Assembly: GCA_964016885.1 (NCBI GenBank)
Contig: OZ024743.1
Location: 303,490,001-303,554,000 of the forward strand
Direction: 5' to 3'
DNA length: 64,000 nt
Source: Eledone cirrhosa
Lineage: Eukaryota
The notes below the pieces were generated by a model. That model was not told where the DNA came from, ran no database searches, and was given only the letters and a program-made list of their open reading frames with translations. Positions 15,001 to 27,649 of the stretch are shown here, one piece after another. Position 1 is the first letter of the stretch, and each line of letters starts with the position of its first letter. Both the position numbers and the translations under genes were made by a program.

Positions 15001-17956
15001 GACCGGGTTTTAGAGTCATACGAGTTTTCAAGGAAACACATTTCCTCTATTCTCCAGAGGGCCAGACAGGAATATTGGACTAGTTTCGATGTTATTACAT
15101 CTCATCAGCAATATTTACCCATCTTCCGGCTTCTCTGGAGAATTGTAAAAGCACATATCGTTATATGCTTTTTCTATGAAAACGAAATTTAATTTCGTTT
15201 CGTTATTTGTTTTTATCGTTTCCGCTGAACCGGTGCGTACAATGACTCACGTTCTATGCAAATTGGTCTACCCACTACTAATTTTCATAGAAAAAGCATA
15301 TAACGATATGTGCTTTTACAATTCTCCAGAGAAGCCGGAAGATGGGTAAATATTGCTGATGAGATGTAATAACATCGAAACTAGTCCAATATTCCTGTCT
15401 GGCCCTCTGGAGAATAGAGGAAATGTGTTTCCTTGAAAACTCGTATGACTCTAAAACCCGGTCCGCCTGTGTGGTTACATACAGACTAGCTGACACTCAC
15501 TGTAAAGTGTCTAGTGAAAAGCTGAGTACATGTACATATGTATACATGTGTGTATTTATATGCATACTAATACTTCCGTATACATATGTAGATGTACACT
15601 TTAACTTAATTGTTTAAGCGTCAGTCATACAAAAGTGAGTTAGAAGCGAAACGAAATTTAATTTCGTTTCGTTATTTGTTTTTATCGTTTCCGCTGAACC
15701 GGTGCGTACAATGACTCACGTTCTATGCAAATTGGTCTACCCACTACTAATTTTCATAGAAAAAGCATATAACGATATGTGCTTTTACAATTCTCCAGAG
15801 AAGCCGGAAGATGGGTAAATATTGCTGATGAGATGTAATAACATCGAAACTAGTCCAATATTCCTGTCTGGCCCTCTGGAGAATAGAGGAAATGTGTTTC
15901 CTTGAAAACTCGTATGACTCTAAAACCCGGTCCGCCTGTGTGGTTACATACAGACTAGCTGACACTCACTGTAAAGTGTCTAGTGAAAAGCTGAGTACAT
16001 GTACATATGTATACATGTGTGTATTTATATGCATACTAATACTTCCGTATACATATGTAGATGTACACTTTAACTTAATTGTTTAAGCGTCAGTCATACA
16101 AAAGTGAGTTAGAAGCGAAACGAAATTTAATTTCGTTTCGTTATTTGTTTTTATCGTTTCCGCTGAACCGGTGCGTACAATGACTCACGTTCTATGCAAA
16201 TTGGTCTACCCACTACTAATTTTCATAGAAAAAGCATATAACGATATGTGCTTTTACAATTCTCCAGAGAAGCCGGAAGATGGGTAAATATTGCTGATGA
16301 GATGTAATAACATCGAAACTAGTCCAATATTCCTGTCTGGCCCTCTGGAGAATAGAGGAAATGTGTTTCCTTGAAAACTCGTATGACTCTAAAACCCGGT
16401 CCGCCTGTGTGGTTACATACAGACTAGCTGACACTCACTGTAAAGTGTCTAGTGAAAAGCTGAGTACATGTACATATGTATACATGTGTGTATTTATATG
16501 CATACTAATACTTCCGTATACATATGTAGATGTACACTTTAACTTAATTGTTTAAGCGTCAGTCATACAAAAGTGAGTTAGAAGCGAAACGAAATTTAAT
16601 TTCGTTTCGTTATTTGTTTTTATCGTTTCCGCTGAACCGGTGCGTACAATGACTCACGTTCTATGCAAATTGGTCTAGCCACTACTAATTTTCATAGAAA
16701 AAGCATATAACGATATGTGCTTTTACAATTCTCCAGAGAAGCCGGAAGATGGGTAAATATTGCTGATGAGATGTAATAACATCGAAACTAGTCCAATATT
16801 CCTGTCTGGCCCTCTGGAGAATAGAGGAAATGTGTTTCCTTGAAAACTCGTATGACTCTAAAACCCGGTCCGCCTGTGTGGTTACATACAGACTAGCTGA
16901 CACTCACTGTAAAGTGTCTAGTGAAAAGCTGAGTACATGTACATATGTATACATGTGTGTATTTATATGCATACTAATACTTCCGTATACATATGTAGAT
17001 GTACACTTTAACTTAATTGTTTAAGCGTCAGTCATACAAAAGTGAGTTAGAAGCGAAACGAAATTTAATTTCGTTTCGTTATTTGTTTTTATCGTTTCCG
17101 CTGAACCGGTGCGTACAATGACTCACGTTCTATGCAAATTGGTCTACCCACTACTAATTTTCATAGAAAAAGCATATAACGATATGTGCTTTTACAATTC
17201 TCCAGAGAAGCCGGAAGATGGGTAAATATTGCTGATGAGATGTAATAACATCGAAACTAGTCCAATATTCCTGGCTGGCCCTCTGGAGAATAGAGGAAAT
17301 GTGTTTCCTTGAAAACTCGTATGACTCTAAAACCCGGTCCGCCTGTGTGGTTACATACAGACTAGCTGACACTCACTGTAAAGTGTCTAGTGAAAAGCTG
17401 AGTACATGTACATATGTATACATGTGTGTATTTATATGCATACTAATACTTCCGTATACATATGTAGATGTACACTTTAACTTAATTGTTTAAGCGTCAG
17501 TCATACAAAAGTGAGTTAGAAGCGAAACGAAATTTAATTTCATTTCGTTATTTGTTTTTATCGCTTCCGCTGAACCGGTGCGTACAATGACTCACGTTCT
17601 ATGCAAATTGGTCTACCCACTACTAATTTTCATAGAAAAAGCATATAACGATATGTGCTTTTACAATTCTCCAGAGAAGCCGGAAGATGGGTAAATATTG
17701 CTGATGAGATGTAATAACATCGAAACTAGTCCAATATTCCTGTCTGGCCCTCTGGAGAATAGAGGAAATGTGTTTCCTTGAAAACTCGTATGACTCTAAA
17801 ACCCGGTCCGCCTGTGTGGTTACATACAGACTAGCTGACACTCACTGTAAAGTGTCTAGTGAAAAGCTGAGTACATGTACATATGTATACATGTGTGTAT
17901 TTATATGCATACTAATACTTCCGTATACATATGTAGATGTACACTTTAACTTAATT

Positions 17957-18051
<95 letters not shown>

Positions 18052-18299
18052 GGTTTATGTTGGTTTAATATTAAAACAAGCTTACTGTATATTTCGTATA
18101 CATTTTGTAAAATACCTAGATCGTCTTTAACTAATTAAAATCTTAGTTATGTACCTATATAAAAAGATTATTTGCGGCTTTTCATAATCAACCAGTTTCC
18201 CGATTATCATCTAGAACGTTGAATGATCAAATAACATTTGAAATAATCTGCAAATGAATTACTACGCCGACACGTTTCTAAAAAGTAACATCAATCTCA

Positions 18300-19880
18300 T
18301 CTCATTTTTGAGAGATTGCTGATATCACGAATAATACACCTCCTTGAATCTGCTGAACTCCAGCCATCATGAGTTTTGTGGTGGCAGGAACTGCCTGTGG
18401 TAGTTTCTGCATTACATCGATGACATCCTAAATTATTTGAGAGATGGCACCAACGAGGATGTAATTTACTTTGATTTCAGCAAGGCATTTGACAGAGTGG
18501 ATCATCGCCAGATTCCAGCAGGTTGTGCTCAAAGGAAAATGATTAAGATCAGCCAAGATCAGTAGTAGAGTCCCACAAGGCAGTTTGGTTCCATATAATT
18601 TCATTATTTATAACAATGACGGTGGATTGGCAGTGGAAAAGACGGTGGAAAGGGCGGTGGATTGGCAGTATCGGTAGAGGGTCGGACGCCATGCTTTGAC
18701 GTATAGAGTTACGGCCCTTGCCATTCTGAGTTCAAATCCCGCCGAGGTTAACTTTGCCTTTCATCCTTACGGAGTCGATAAAATAAAGTACCAGTAATGC
18801 ACTGGGTAATTGCTGGCCTTGTGCCAAATGTAGAAACAATTATTTATAACAATGACATTATCGACGTCGTCAAGCACAGCAAGATAAATATTTTCGCAAA
18901 TAGTTGCAATCTCCAGACGGATCTCAATGGAGTGGGAGCCGGATATGCCTTCAATTGGATGCGCATGCTGTTATCCTATGGGCATAGGACAAATAATAAT
19001 ATTATGTTAAATTAGGATACATCTGATTTAATCTATTTTTGAAAAGATGATGCTTTGAAATTACCAAATTATATTCCCTCAGATGAAACCCTCGAATCAT
19101 CAAACAACCCCAGGTACCTTGGAACACTGTAACAACATCAGAGACCTTGTAGATTACAATATTAGCTGAAGTACTAATATAAACACCAATGTTGACTCGG
19201 ACTGTAGGATATCTGTCTGGATTTTCAGAGCCTTCCGTACTAGAGAGATTCGCAGCATTTTCCCACTCTACTCTACCTGCTCCCGGCCTCACCTGGAATA
19301 AAATTGTTCATTATGGTCTCCATACACAAAATAAAGTATTATGAATATTGAAGCATTTCAGTGGTCAACGACAAGGAAGATAGACGTTATACCCCGCCCT
19401 AACTAGTGGGGTTATTTATATTCCCAGACTCTACTCACTGCAATGCTGCCATTAACACTACATCGTCTGTATATTGTGCAAAACATTCTCTCAATATTGC
19501 CAAACTCATGTTGTCATCTACTATAATATCCATCCATGACTTGATCCCCGTGCTACCGATCCAATAGAAAAATAAGATAAGCATCTCATAGCAAGTATAC
19601 CACACAACTACTTCACCTCAGCTCGCCCCACTATCTTTAATATGATAGCAAAATATATCAAGAGAGAAACAGATTCCAAAATATTAAAAAAAGTATCCTG
19701 GACGAATGTGTGCAGGAAATCCCAGATAGAAGCATTACACACGGATATATCTCTGAAAACAACAACAAATATTTACTAGATTGGACGATGGTGAACAAAA
19801 CATGAAGTAGTCGTGAACTCATGATCAGAAAAACTTCGCTGGGTGGTGCTATTAATTCAGACATGGCCAGGGCGAACAGT
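18300..19880 (+). mobile_element. Highly decayed CR1/L2-type LINE reverse transcriptase remnant
   Basis: DVIYFDFSKAFDRVDH at about 18458-18505 and a VPQGS-like motif at about 18570. Many stops and frameshifts; boundaries approximate. Confidence 0.65.
18621..18838 (+). mobile_element. tRNA-derived SINE with 18-bp TSD, inserted in the LINE relic
   Basis: A-box-like tggcagtatcgg and B-box-like gagttcaaatcc. TSD attatttataacaatgac at 18603-18620 and 18839-18856. Homologous copies at 43.5 kb and 62 kb. Confidence 0.85.
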
Positions 19881-19948
19881 GGTCTAAACCTTTGAAACTT
19901 ATGAAAAAAAAAATATATATATAACTTTCATAAATTTCAATGGTTCAG

Positions 19949-20023
<75 letters not shown>

Positions 20024-20025
20024 GT

Positions 20026-20096
<71 letters not shown>

Positions 20097-20208
20097 GTAT
20101 ATATATATATATATCAAAAGTATATATTGAGTTAAAAACTCACATTAGTCCCTTACAGTCAATGTAGAACAAGGAAACATTAAGATTTACAAACCGATTA
20201 TGATAAGA

Positions 20209-20283
20209 ACATCCAGACACCTTCGGGTAGAACTGTTTCGCAATTCAGTGGATATTTAAAGATCCAATGCTCTTCATGGATGT
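20209..20283 (-). ncRNA. Degenerate type I hammerhead motif
   Basis: ACAUCCA UGAAGA GCA...UGC GAAA CA...UG UC UGGAUGU: perfect 7-bp stem I, but core C3 is missing. Confidence 0.5.
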
Positions 20284-22048
20284 TCGGATCAGTAATCACT
20301 CCTCTACTAATTTCCTTAGAAGACTAAATAATGCGCATGTGTTATGAGAGAGAAATCGCACATGGTATCGTGTGTCGACCGGGTCAAATAGAACGTAAAC
20401 TACTATAAAATAGCAACCAGATCCATTCAATATATTAAATCTCTGCAAAAGAGAAGGAGCTCAATTTATCAGTTTTCCACAAATAATTTCATTTGTCGAG
20501 ATTTGAGAGACTGAATCTGAACATGAAATTACAATATTAACTTCAACCAAAATTATAACTTGTATTTATAAAAGATAGAATGCAAGAATTTACATTAATA
20601 ATCTCAATTATTTTCTAGTATACGCATGAAAAATACAGAGAAGTAGCTCTGATGAGTATTCAAGGCTGCTTATTTAATTGTATGCATCAGGAAAGATCAA
20701 GTGTCCTCGCAACATCACATGCACAACAGAATTATACATCAGTTATCAATTTCTTTTTGCAATTAGGTAAATCGATGTATATTAAATCTATAAAAATTGA
20801 ACAGAAATGTTAAATCTAGCGAATGTAAATTAATTCGTAAATTTCATCTTTGCATATATAGCTGAAGTAGAACTGTTTTAATGCTATTTCGAATCATAAT
20901 TATACAGTAACGCTTAAAAGATTCAAGTAGAACTTTAATTAAAATCCTGCAAATTCACATCATTCATAATCTTCAGCAGCAAATATATATTTGTAATCAG
21001 CAGAGGTGGATAATATCGTCGTTATGTATTGTGTCTTAGTGTCATTTTTACAAATATCTCTTTTCTATATAATTCAATGAGCACGGAATTCCTTACTTCT
21101 TGTATGATCTTAGGTTCTATTCATTTATTTTCTTTGATGAGATTCTGAACAGACGCACATTTAGAACTGATCAAAATCAGTGAGTGAACACACCTTCAAT
21201 ATATCTTTGTTTATTATCTATCTAATACAGCTTGTTACTCCTTTCAATTTCCTACAACTTTTCCAAATGTTGAAATACTTATTATACTACATTTGACTTT
21301 GGTAGTTGGTTGGTGTTCAGAAGATATCATTCAGCTAATAAGCACTATTTAGGATTTAACTGACAATTATGATGACCCGCAAAACGTAACTGCTCTCTGT
21401 CTAAAGTATATAGAAAGCAATGGTCTTAGGATGATGCAATTTGGTGAGTACATTGAAGACTTTTCAGACGCCAATTATAGAATGAAAAGCTTATTGTAAG
21501 TATTGTGTGATGCATAACTATGTATAACTTACTGTTCTTAGTTTAGATGTAGTTTTTCATTGACAGATGTATTTAATCATACTTCGGTGGAGGTCTTATG
21601 TTTTGACCTAGGGTTTTAGTACTTGCATCCCAAACAATAACCTGTCAGCACATTTATATATAAAATATATCATTTATATACCCACAAATCTAACCCCAGT
21701 CGTGTATATACACAAATATAAAAACATCTGAAACTGTTATGGGTTAAAAATGTTAATTCCAAATAAACATTGTAAAAGACACATGAGTAAAACAGAATAG
21801 CGCAAGTTTTCTCTACAAAACACTTCCAGTATCGCAGAAAAAAATCGTTCGTTCTAAAATGTCAAGTTGAGATGTCTAAAAAGCGAAACTATCTATTACA
21901 TTTAAACTTTCAATAAAAGGTAACATTTTCTGTAAATATCACTGACATAAACGTTCTGATATCGCTATTGTCCAGAGAAAGGGAAATGAAACCCGTATGA
22001 TTAACGTCCATAACAAACGTTTCTATAACATGAATAACAATACTTAAG

Positions 22049-22612
22049 AGCAACGATGGTTGCCAAACACTGTACAGCTAAGAATCCTGGCTGTTTGTTT
22101 ACAAACAAACCGAGCATAACAATAAATGTTCTGTAAACCCATACGTACATATATAAATATGTGTGTGCATGTATGTATGTATATATATACTACTGTACGT
22201 CTGTATACATATATGTACGTATACATACTTATAAGTATCAGCCGTACTAAGAGTGAGAAATGAAATTTCATTTTTTCCATTTATCGTTTTCGGTACACCC
22301 GGCCGACTAACTCACTCAATATAAAAAATTAGGCTGCTCAACCGTTAATATGCATATGACAGGAAGGTATACGGTGCTGATGACAGCTAATAAGCTAGAA
22401 ACTAGTTCATCGTTCATTTGTCAGTATTGAACAAAGGGGCAACGATGGTTGCCGAATACTGTACGGCTAATAATCCGGGCTGTTTGTTTAAAACAAACCG
22501 AGCATTATAATAAATGTTCGGTAATTCCATACGTGCATATATATATGTGTGCATGTATGTATGTATATACATACTACTGTACGTCTGTATACATATATGT
22601 ATGTACGTATTT
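22049..22612 (+). repeat. Diverged tandem repeat of about 390 bp (about 1.5 units) related to the 469-bp unit
   Basis: gcaacgatggttgcc...ctgtatacatatatgta occurs at about 22050 and 22439. The segment 22235-22310 resembles the array's gtgag...gaaacgaaattt...tttatcgtttccg...ccgg region. Confidence 0.7.
22371..22413 (+). ncRNA. Type I hammerhead ribozyme (diverged relative of the array ribozyme)
   Basis: acggtg ctgatga cagct aata agcta gaaa ctag tt catcgt: same AAUA loop II and CUAG stem III, different but paired stems I and II, GUU triplet. Confidence 0.8.
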
Positions 22613-25470
22613 AAATACGTAAGGCATAACACACAATATGGAGACAAGAAAACTAACTAAAATTTGAAAGGTAATTACATTTAGTTTCTCAATGTTATAT
22701 AAACACACCCAATTTCTATCTGTATATACATCTATCTACATATATGTTTCTCTCAATGTGGGAAATTGATATAAACAGAACAATATTCTCAATTGTTGAG
22801 AAATAATTTCTTATTTATAGTTGGATTCATGCAATTGAATCTTAACGGCTCATATCTAAGTTCTTCAGAAATATATAAGTAATGATTCAACCGTAAACAG
22901 ATATTTTCATTCTAAACATACATATTCAATTATTTTTAAAACATGAATGGAAATAAGGCTACATATATGTATATCCGTATTCATGTATGTATCAAGGTGG
23001 GTATGCATATATGTGTGTACACATGTATGTATGTATATTTATGAATATATATGTTTGTAAGTATTTATGTATCTATTTGTGTATGTATGTACATCAGATC
23101 AACGATAATCTCACTGTTATTAAAATTCTGAATGCTGGTTGCTAGAATATAAGAACGGTTCTTGATCCTACAACCGTGGGATGACCGGAGATGAGATCAT
23201 CTCATGTATCCAATGAGCTACGTCCTTATAACCAGGAAGTTGTTTACTTGTCAAAAATGTCTTTGTTTGATGAGAATCACAAAACGGAATGCACTATTGT
23301 CTACACCTCTTTGGAAACGGTGGGTGAATCGAATAAGAAGAGATCCTTGCGTGGCTTTTGCAGGTATATAGGGATTTATAGACAGTCTTGGTGAATTTGC
23401 ATTGCGTATAAACGACCATTTATTTATATTAAGTTATCAACTGCAAAAGGTAAATAGTTGATGTTTTTTTAGTCTATAGGTTCCAATACTATCTGCTTCT
23501 TAAGATGATAAATTATACTTCTATCAAGCTTTAAAATATGTATTACGCAGTATTTTCATTGTGTGTAAGGTTGTCATCGTTGGCTAATGTAATGCTAGTG
23601 TAGGTAATGTCCATGAAAGATGGTGAGTGATTGCTAGGCCTTGTACTGTGCATTGCAAAATTAAAGCACAAAGTTTGCTACAAATGTGTATAGTGAACAG
23701 TATGTCCCAGCAAAATGATAGATGTGAAACCGTCTAGATGCACCCAAGACGTAAAGAGTGTCATATTATGTGATATTCTCGGCTATGTGAAAAAACATTA
23801 AAGTTGGTTCAGTGCGAATGAAAAGGAGATGGAAAACATTTTGCAAGAGATGACAAATAATCTGTTGAGCATTCTTAAAAAGAGAAATGGCATGGAATCA
23901 AGAAGGCTTCGTGAAATGATTGTGATTTTTCGTAGCAAGGATGGAAATGAGTTCGTCTGGATTCTGCTCGGTGTTCTAAGAAGACAGCAACAGCGTGATG
24001 AAAGAGTATGTATGGATGAGTGCCGTTGTCCCAACTGCATGTCTTTTGGAGAACAGAGCAGTGGAAAGCGTCCGCTTATAAAACCAGGAAGCGATATAAT
24101 GACTTCATTAATGTTTCACACAATCACGCTTACATCGATGGAGCAAGATGTTTCGCTGATGCCTGCGATAGATGTAAATAGAGAAATATGATTAATCAAA
24201 GCAATATTACTTTCAAGTTTTCTAGGGAACATAATAAGTAATTCAAACGGGATGTCAGAAAGGTTCTTGCTGTCAGATCACCACAAAAACTTTATGATAT
24301 GTATAATTTATCATTTAGAAATTAATATGCAAAATCCGCACCAATCGGACAGTTAAAAATAGTCATCTTTGCAGTCTTGAAAATAGAGCTCCCTGCCGAT
24401 TACTAAATTGCCAGGGTCGGAAATACAACATAAAAAAACCAGTTTCAAAAAATGCGGGTCAGCTGGCGACCGCGAAAGACCCATTAAAGACTAAAATGTG
24501 CTTCATGACAGCCATATTGACATACTGAGAGCCATTTACACCTGCAAAATAGCGTGAGTATGGTCTAAAATACAACATTCATTTGCAATATCCACACTTA
24601 CTCGATCACGGGGTGGCTATTATCATGTATGTATGTATCTATTTATTTATGTATGTATATATGAATGTAGTGTCCAACGTTCTTTTCACGAAACAGTTAT
24701 GCGTTCTACCTCTCTGACCTATAGAAGCTCAAATGGATGTTGCTTATTGATACATTAAATATCATAGTAAAGGCGTTATCCTGGAGGATATCAACAAAGA
24801 TGTTCTGAAAACCATACCATATCAAGGATCTTATTCTTTCGGAAGGAGAATTCCATCCCAATAGAATTAGGAGGTCGTTTCAGGGATCCAGGTTGCCATT
24901 ATTATCCGGGGCTATATATGTAATGACAAACATATCGCAATGATCTCTGTAATTCAAATGTTTCGAAAAAAGAAACATGGATCTGTCGCTGAATATAAAT
25001 TGTATCTGCTGCAGAAAGTATCACTGCTTACTACTTCCTACATGAAGGTCTGAAAATTATAGCCCGCGAAGATTGTGATAATGTCTGACTTTGCCGTCAC
25101 TTCAGAATACCCTTCCTACCCAAGCTGTAATGGAAATTCATCAGTACATAAGCCACGCTTAATTTTCTCGTCGAGAACATCACGTAGTGAAGGAGGACTG
25201 CTCCTCATGTAAGATGGAAACCAAAAGTATCTAACAAGCATTTGTGTTGCACGCATCAAAGACCACGATGCAAAGAGAGCCGCTAACCAACAAGGTAACA
25301 GTCGACCATGGATGTTCGGTTATCAGTTAGTCACCACTATTAGGTTGCTAGTTGGAGCGGAAAAGTGACTGATGATTATGTTCACGCAATTCTGTCAAAA
25401 TGTTATCGCACTTGATTGCATTCCATATGCGCTGGTGAGATTGGAGGTCCACGGGATAGTGGTGTTAGCT

Positions 25471-25503
<33 letters not shown>

Positions 25504-26228
25504 GTTTGTTTGTGTGTGTGTATGTGTATGTCTGTGTGTGTATGTGTGTGTGTCTGTGTGTGTGTAAGTGTGAGAGAGAGAGAGAGTAGGTGTGTGTTTG
25601 TGTGCCTGCATATATGTGCAATCATTCCTTATTTGAACTGACTGTTCTTTCTCACTAAATCACATAGAAAGCATATACTTCTATGCAATATGTATTTACT
25701 CTCCTCTTCATCCACACTAATGTTTCAACACACTGCATATGTACGCGCGTTTAACTGATTAGTTAGATGTTTTCATTGAATGCTATATTTCACCTCAGAA
25801 TACATGTATAGTATTTAGCCAGGAGAGTATGCAATACATAGTCTATTATCTGTTTTCTTATGAAATACGTGTGAAGATAATTTTTTCAACTGTAAACATC
25901 TCTTTCTTTTATATTAGAAGGAAAAAAATGAAAAGTACTCGATCTACAGATTGGAAGAAAGAAACACTGAGTGCCTTGGTATTTCCATTGCTACTATTAT
26001 ATGCCAGACACAACACCTGATTGGTAAAAAGAACTAGCATAAAATACACATACCGCCTGCTCCAAGAAACAAGACTACGAAGTTATGACAGTGCGTCCAA
26101 CACTCTAGCCACGAAACCATTCTGCTTTACAAATCACGAGTGGAATCGACCCTAGGCTGCCTAGATTTAAACAAGGAATGCTATAAACAATACTACATTC
26201 ATAACGTATTCTAGACAGCTGGTTCAAT

Positions 26229-26286
<58 letters not shown>

Positions 26287-26289
26287 CCT

Positions 26290-26816
26290 GTAACCAGTGT
26301 ATATAAATCACAGACACCCACATATATATACTCGCACACATACATATATATACATAAACACACGTATATATGTGGGCCTTCCAGTTTCATTCACATTATA
26401 CGCATGTCTTTGTATATTTTAATTATTTGAAAATTATTTTTATGTGAGCATGATGTAAACAAATATATTTTGAAGTGAACGTGACTCAACGGGTCACGCG
26501 TGGTCTAGTATACTATTAAAACCCTGTGATTGCTTGCTTGCTTGTCTGTAATGTAATGCAGCCAAAAGAGCGCATAATAGAAAAATACTTTGAAAGGAAG
26601 TTGACCCAGAAATGGGAATACAAATGGAATAAAACAAGTTTGGTGTAAATCAGAGAAGGGGTTCTCGAGATATGGGGGTTTTCCGGGTACCTTCATAAAC
26701 AGAGAGAAAGAATGAGAGAGAGAGAGAGAGATATACAGAGAGGGGTGGAGATAGTGGTTGTGAGAGAATAGTTTGAAAGAGAGACATGGAGATAGAGAGA
26801 GGTGACAGAAAAGGAG

Positions 26817-26861
<45 letters not shown>

Positions 26862-26984
26862 GGGGGAGAGAGAGAGAGATGGTGATGTTGTTGCGTATAT
26901 ATATGTGTGGGTGTGTGTATATATATATATATGTCTGTGTATATGTGTGTGTGTGTCTATAACCAGTGTATATAGATCATAGAC

Positions 26985-27025
<41 letters not shown>

Positions 27026-27205
27026 GCATAAATATATATATGTATACGCACACACACACATTTATATATATACGTACACTTACGTATATATATATATAGA
27101 CCTTCCAGTTTCATTTCACATATATGTCAGTGTATATTTTAATTATTTAAAAATGATTTTTAAGTGAACATGATTTTAAAACATATTTTGAAACGAACTT
27201 GATTC
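26290..27205. repeat. Local diverged direct duplication around a GA-rich tract
   Basis: taaccagtgtatata..cagacacc and ccttccagtttcatt...tatattttaattattt occur at about 26290-26490 and 26960-27205. Confidence 0.6.
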
Positions 27206-27649
27206 ATAATAATGAGGAGGGATCAATTTCTCATCTCTTGTAAACATCTCCGCATACCATAATGGAAGCCATATTTTTGCTATGCATAACTGAAAGAACT
27301 TGGGAAGTGTCTTACACTATCACTCGTGAGTTGCGACGGTTTGTACCTCTCTGGATAGACAGTCACCACTCACCGGGGCAAACTACAACTTCTGCAAGGG
27401 TTGGTCTTATCCATCATACTATACACATGCATGTTATGGACCCTGACCACTAAAATGCAAATAAAGATCAAAATAGAGGAGATTAGGTGCTATGGAAAAA
27501 GGCTGGAAATCTCACATCCGTAAGAGAATTATCTAGTAATGGTGCAAATTTGAAGATCTACTGACCATGGTGATTTGAAGACGGGAATTTTGATAGCTAT
27601 AACTTTGATCTTCACTGTTGCGATTTTCATCTATTTTCAAATGAATAGT

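Larger units (their letters stand above)
3607..17961. repeat. Tandem array of 31 x 469-bp hammerhead-containing units (retrozyme-like), in four alternating-orientation blocks
   Basis: ORF track repeats at an exact 469-bp period. Blocks: 3607-7293 (8 units), 7294-11991 (10, inverted), 11991-15182 (7), 15183-17961 (6, inverted). Both ends abut (TA)n. Confidence 0.97.

Noticed and set aside
3607-17961. CRISPR-like array (palindromic repeat plus spacers)
   Set aside because: Sequence between palindromes is identical and about 444 bp long, there are no cas genes, and the context is eukaryotic.
3675-18130. Repeated 64-aa and 72-aa ORFs in every array unit
   Set aside because: Overlapping antisense ORFs with no recognisable domain, one starting at GTG. 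They recur only because the DNA repeats.
18650-18745. tRNA gene
   Set aside because: A/B boxes only, with no cloverleaf; it is the head of a TSD-flanked SINE.
23829-24191. 120-aa ORF as a host exon
   Set aside because: No recognisable domain or splice evidence; more likely decayed retroelement sequence.
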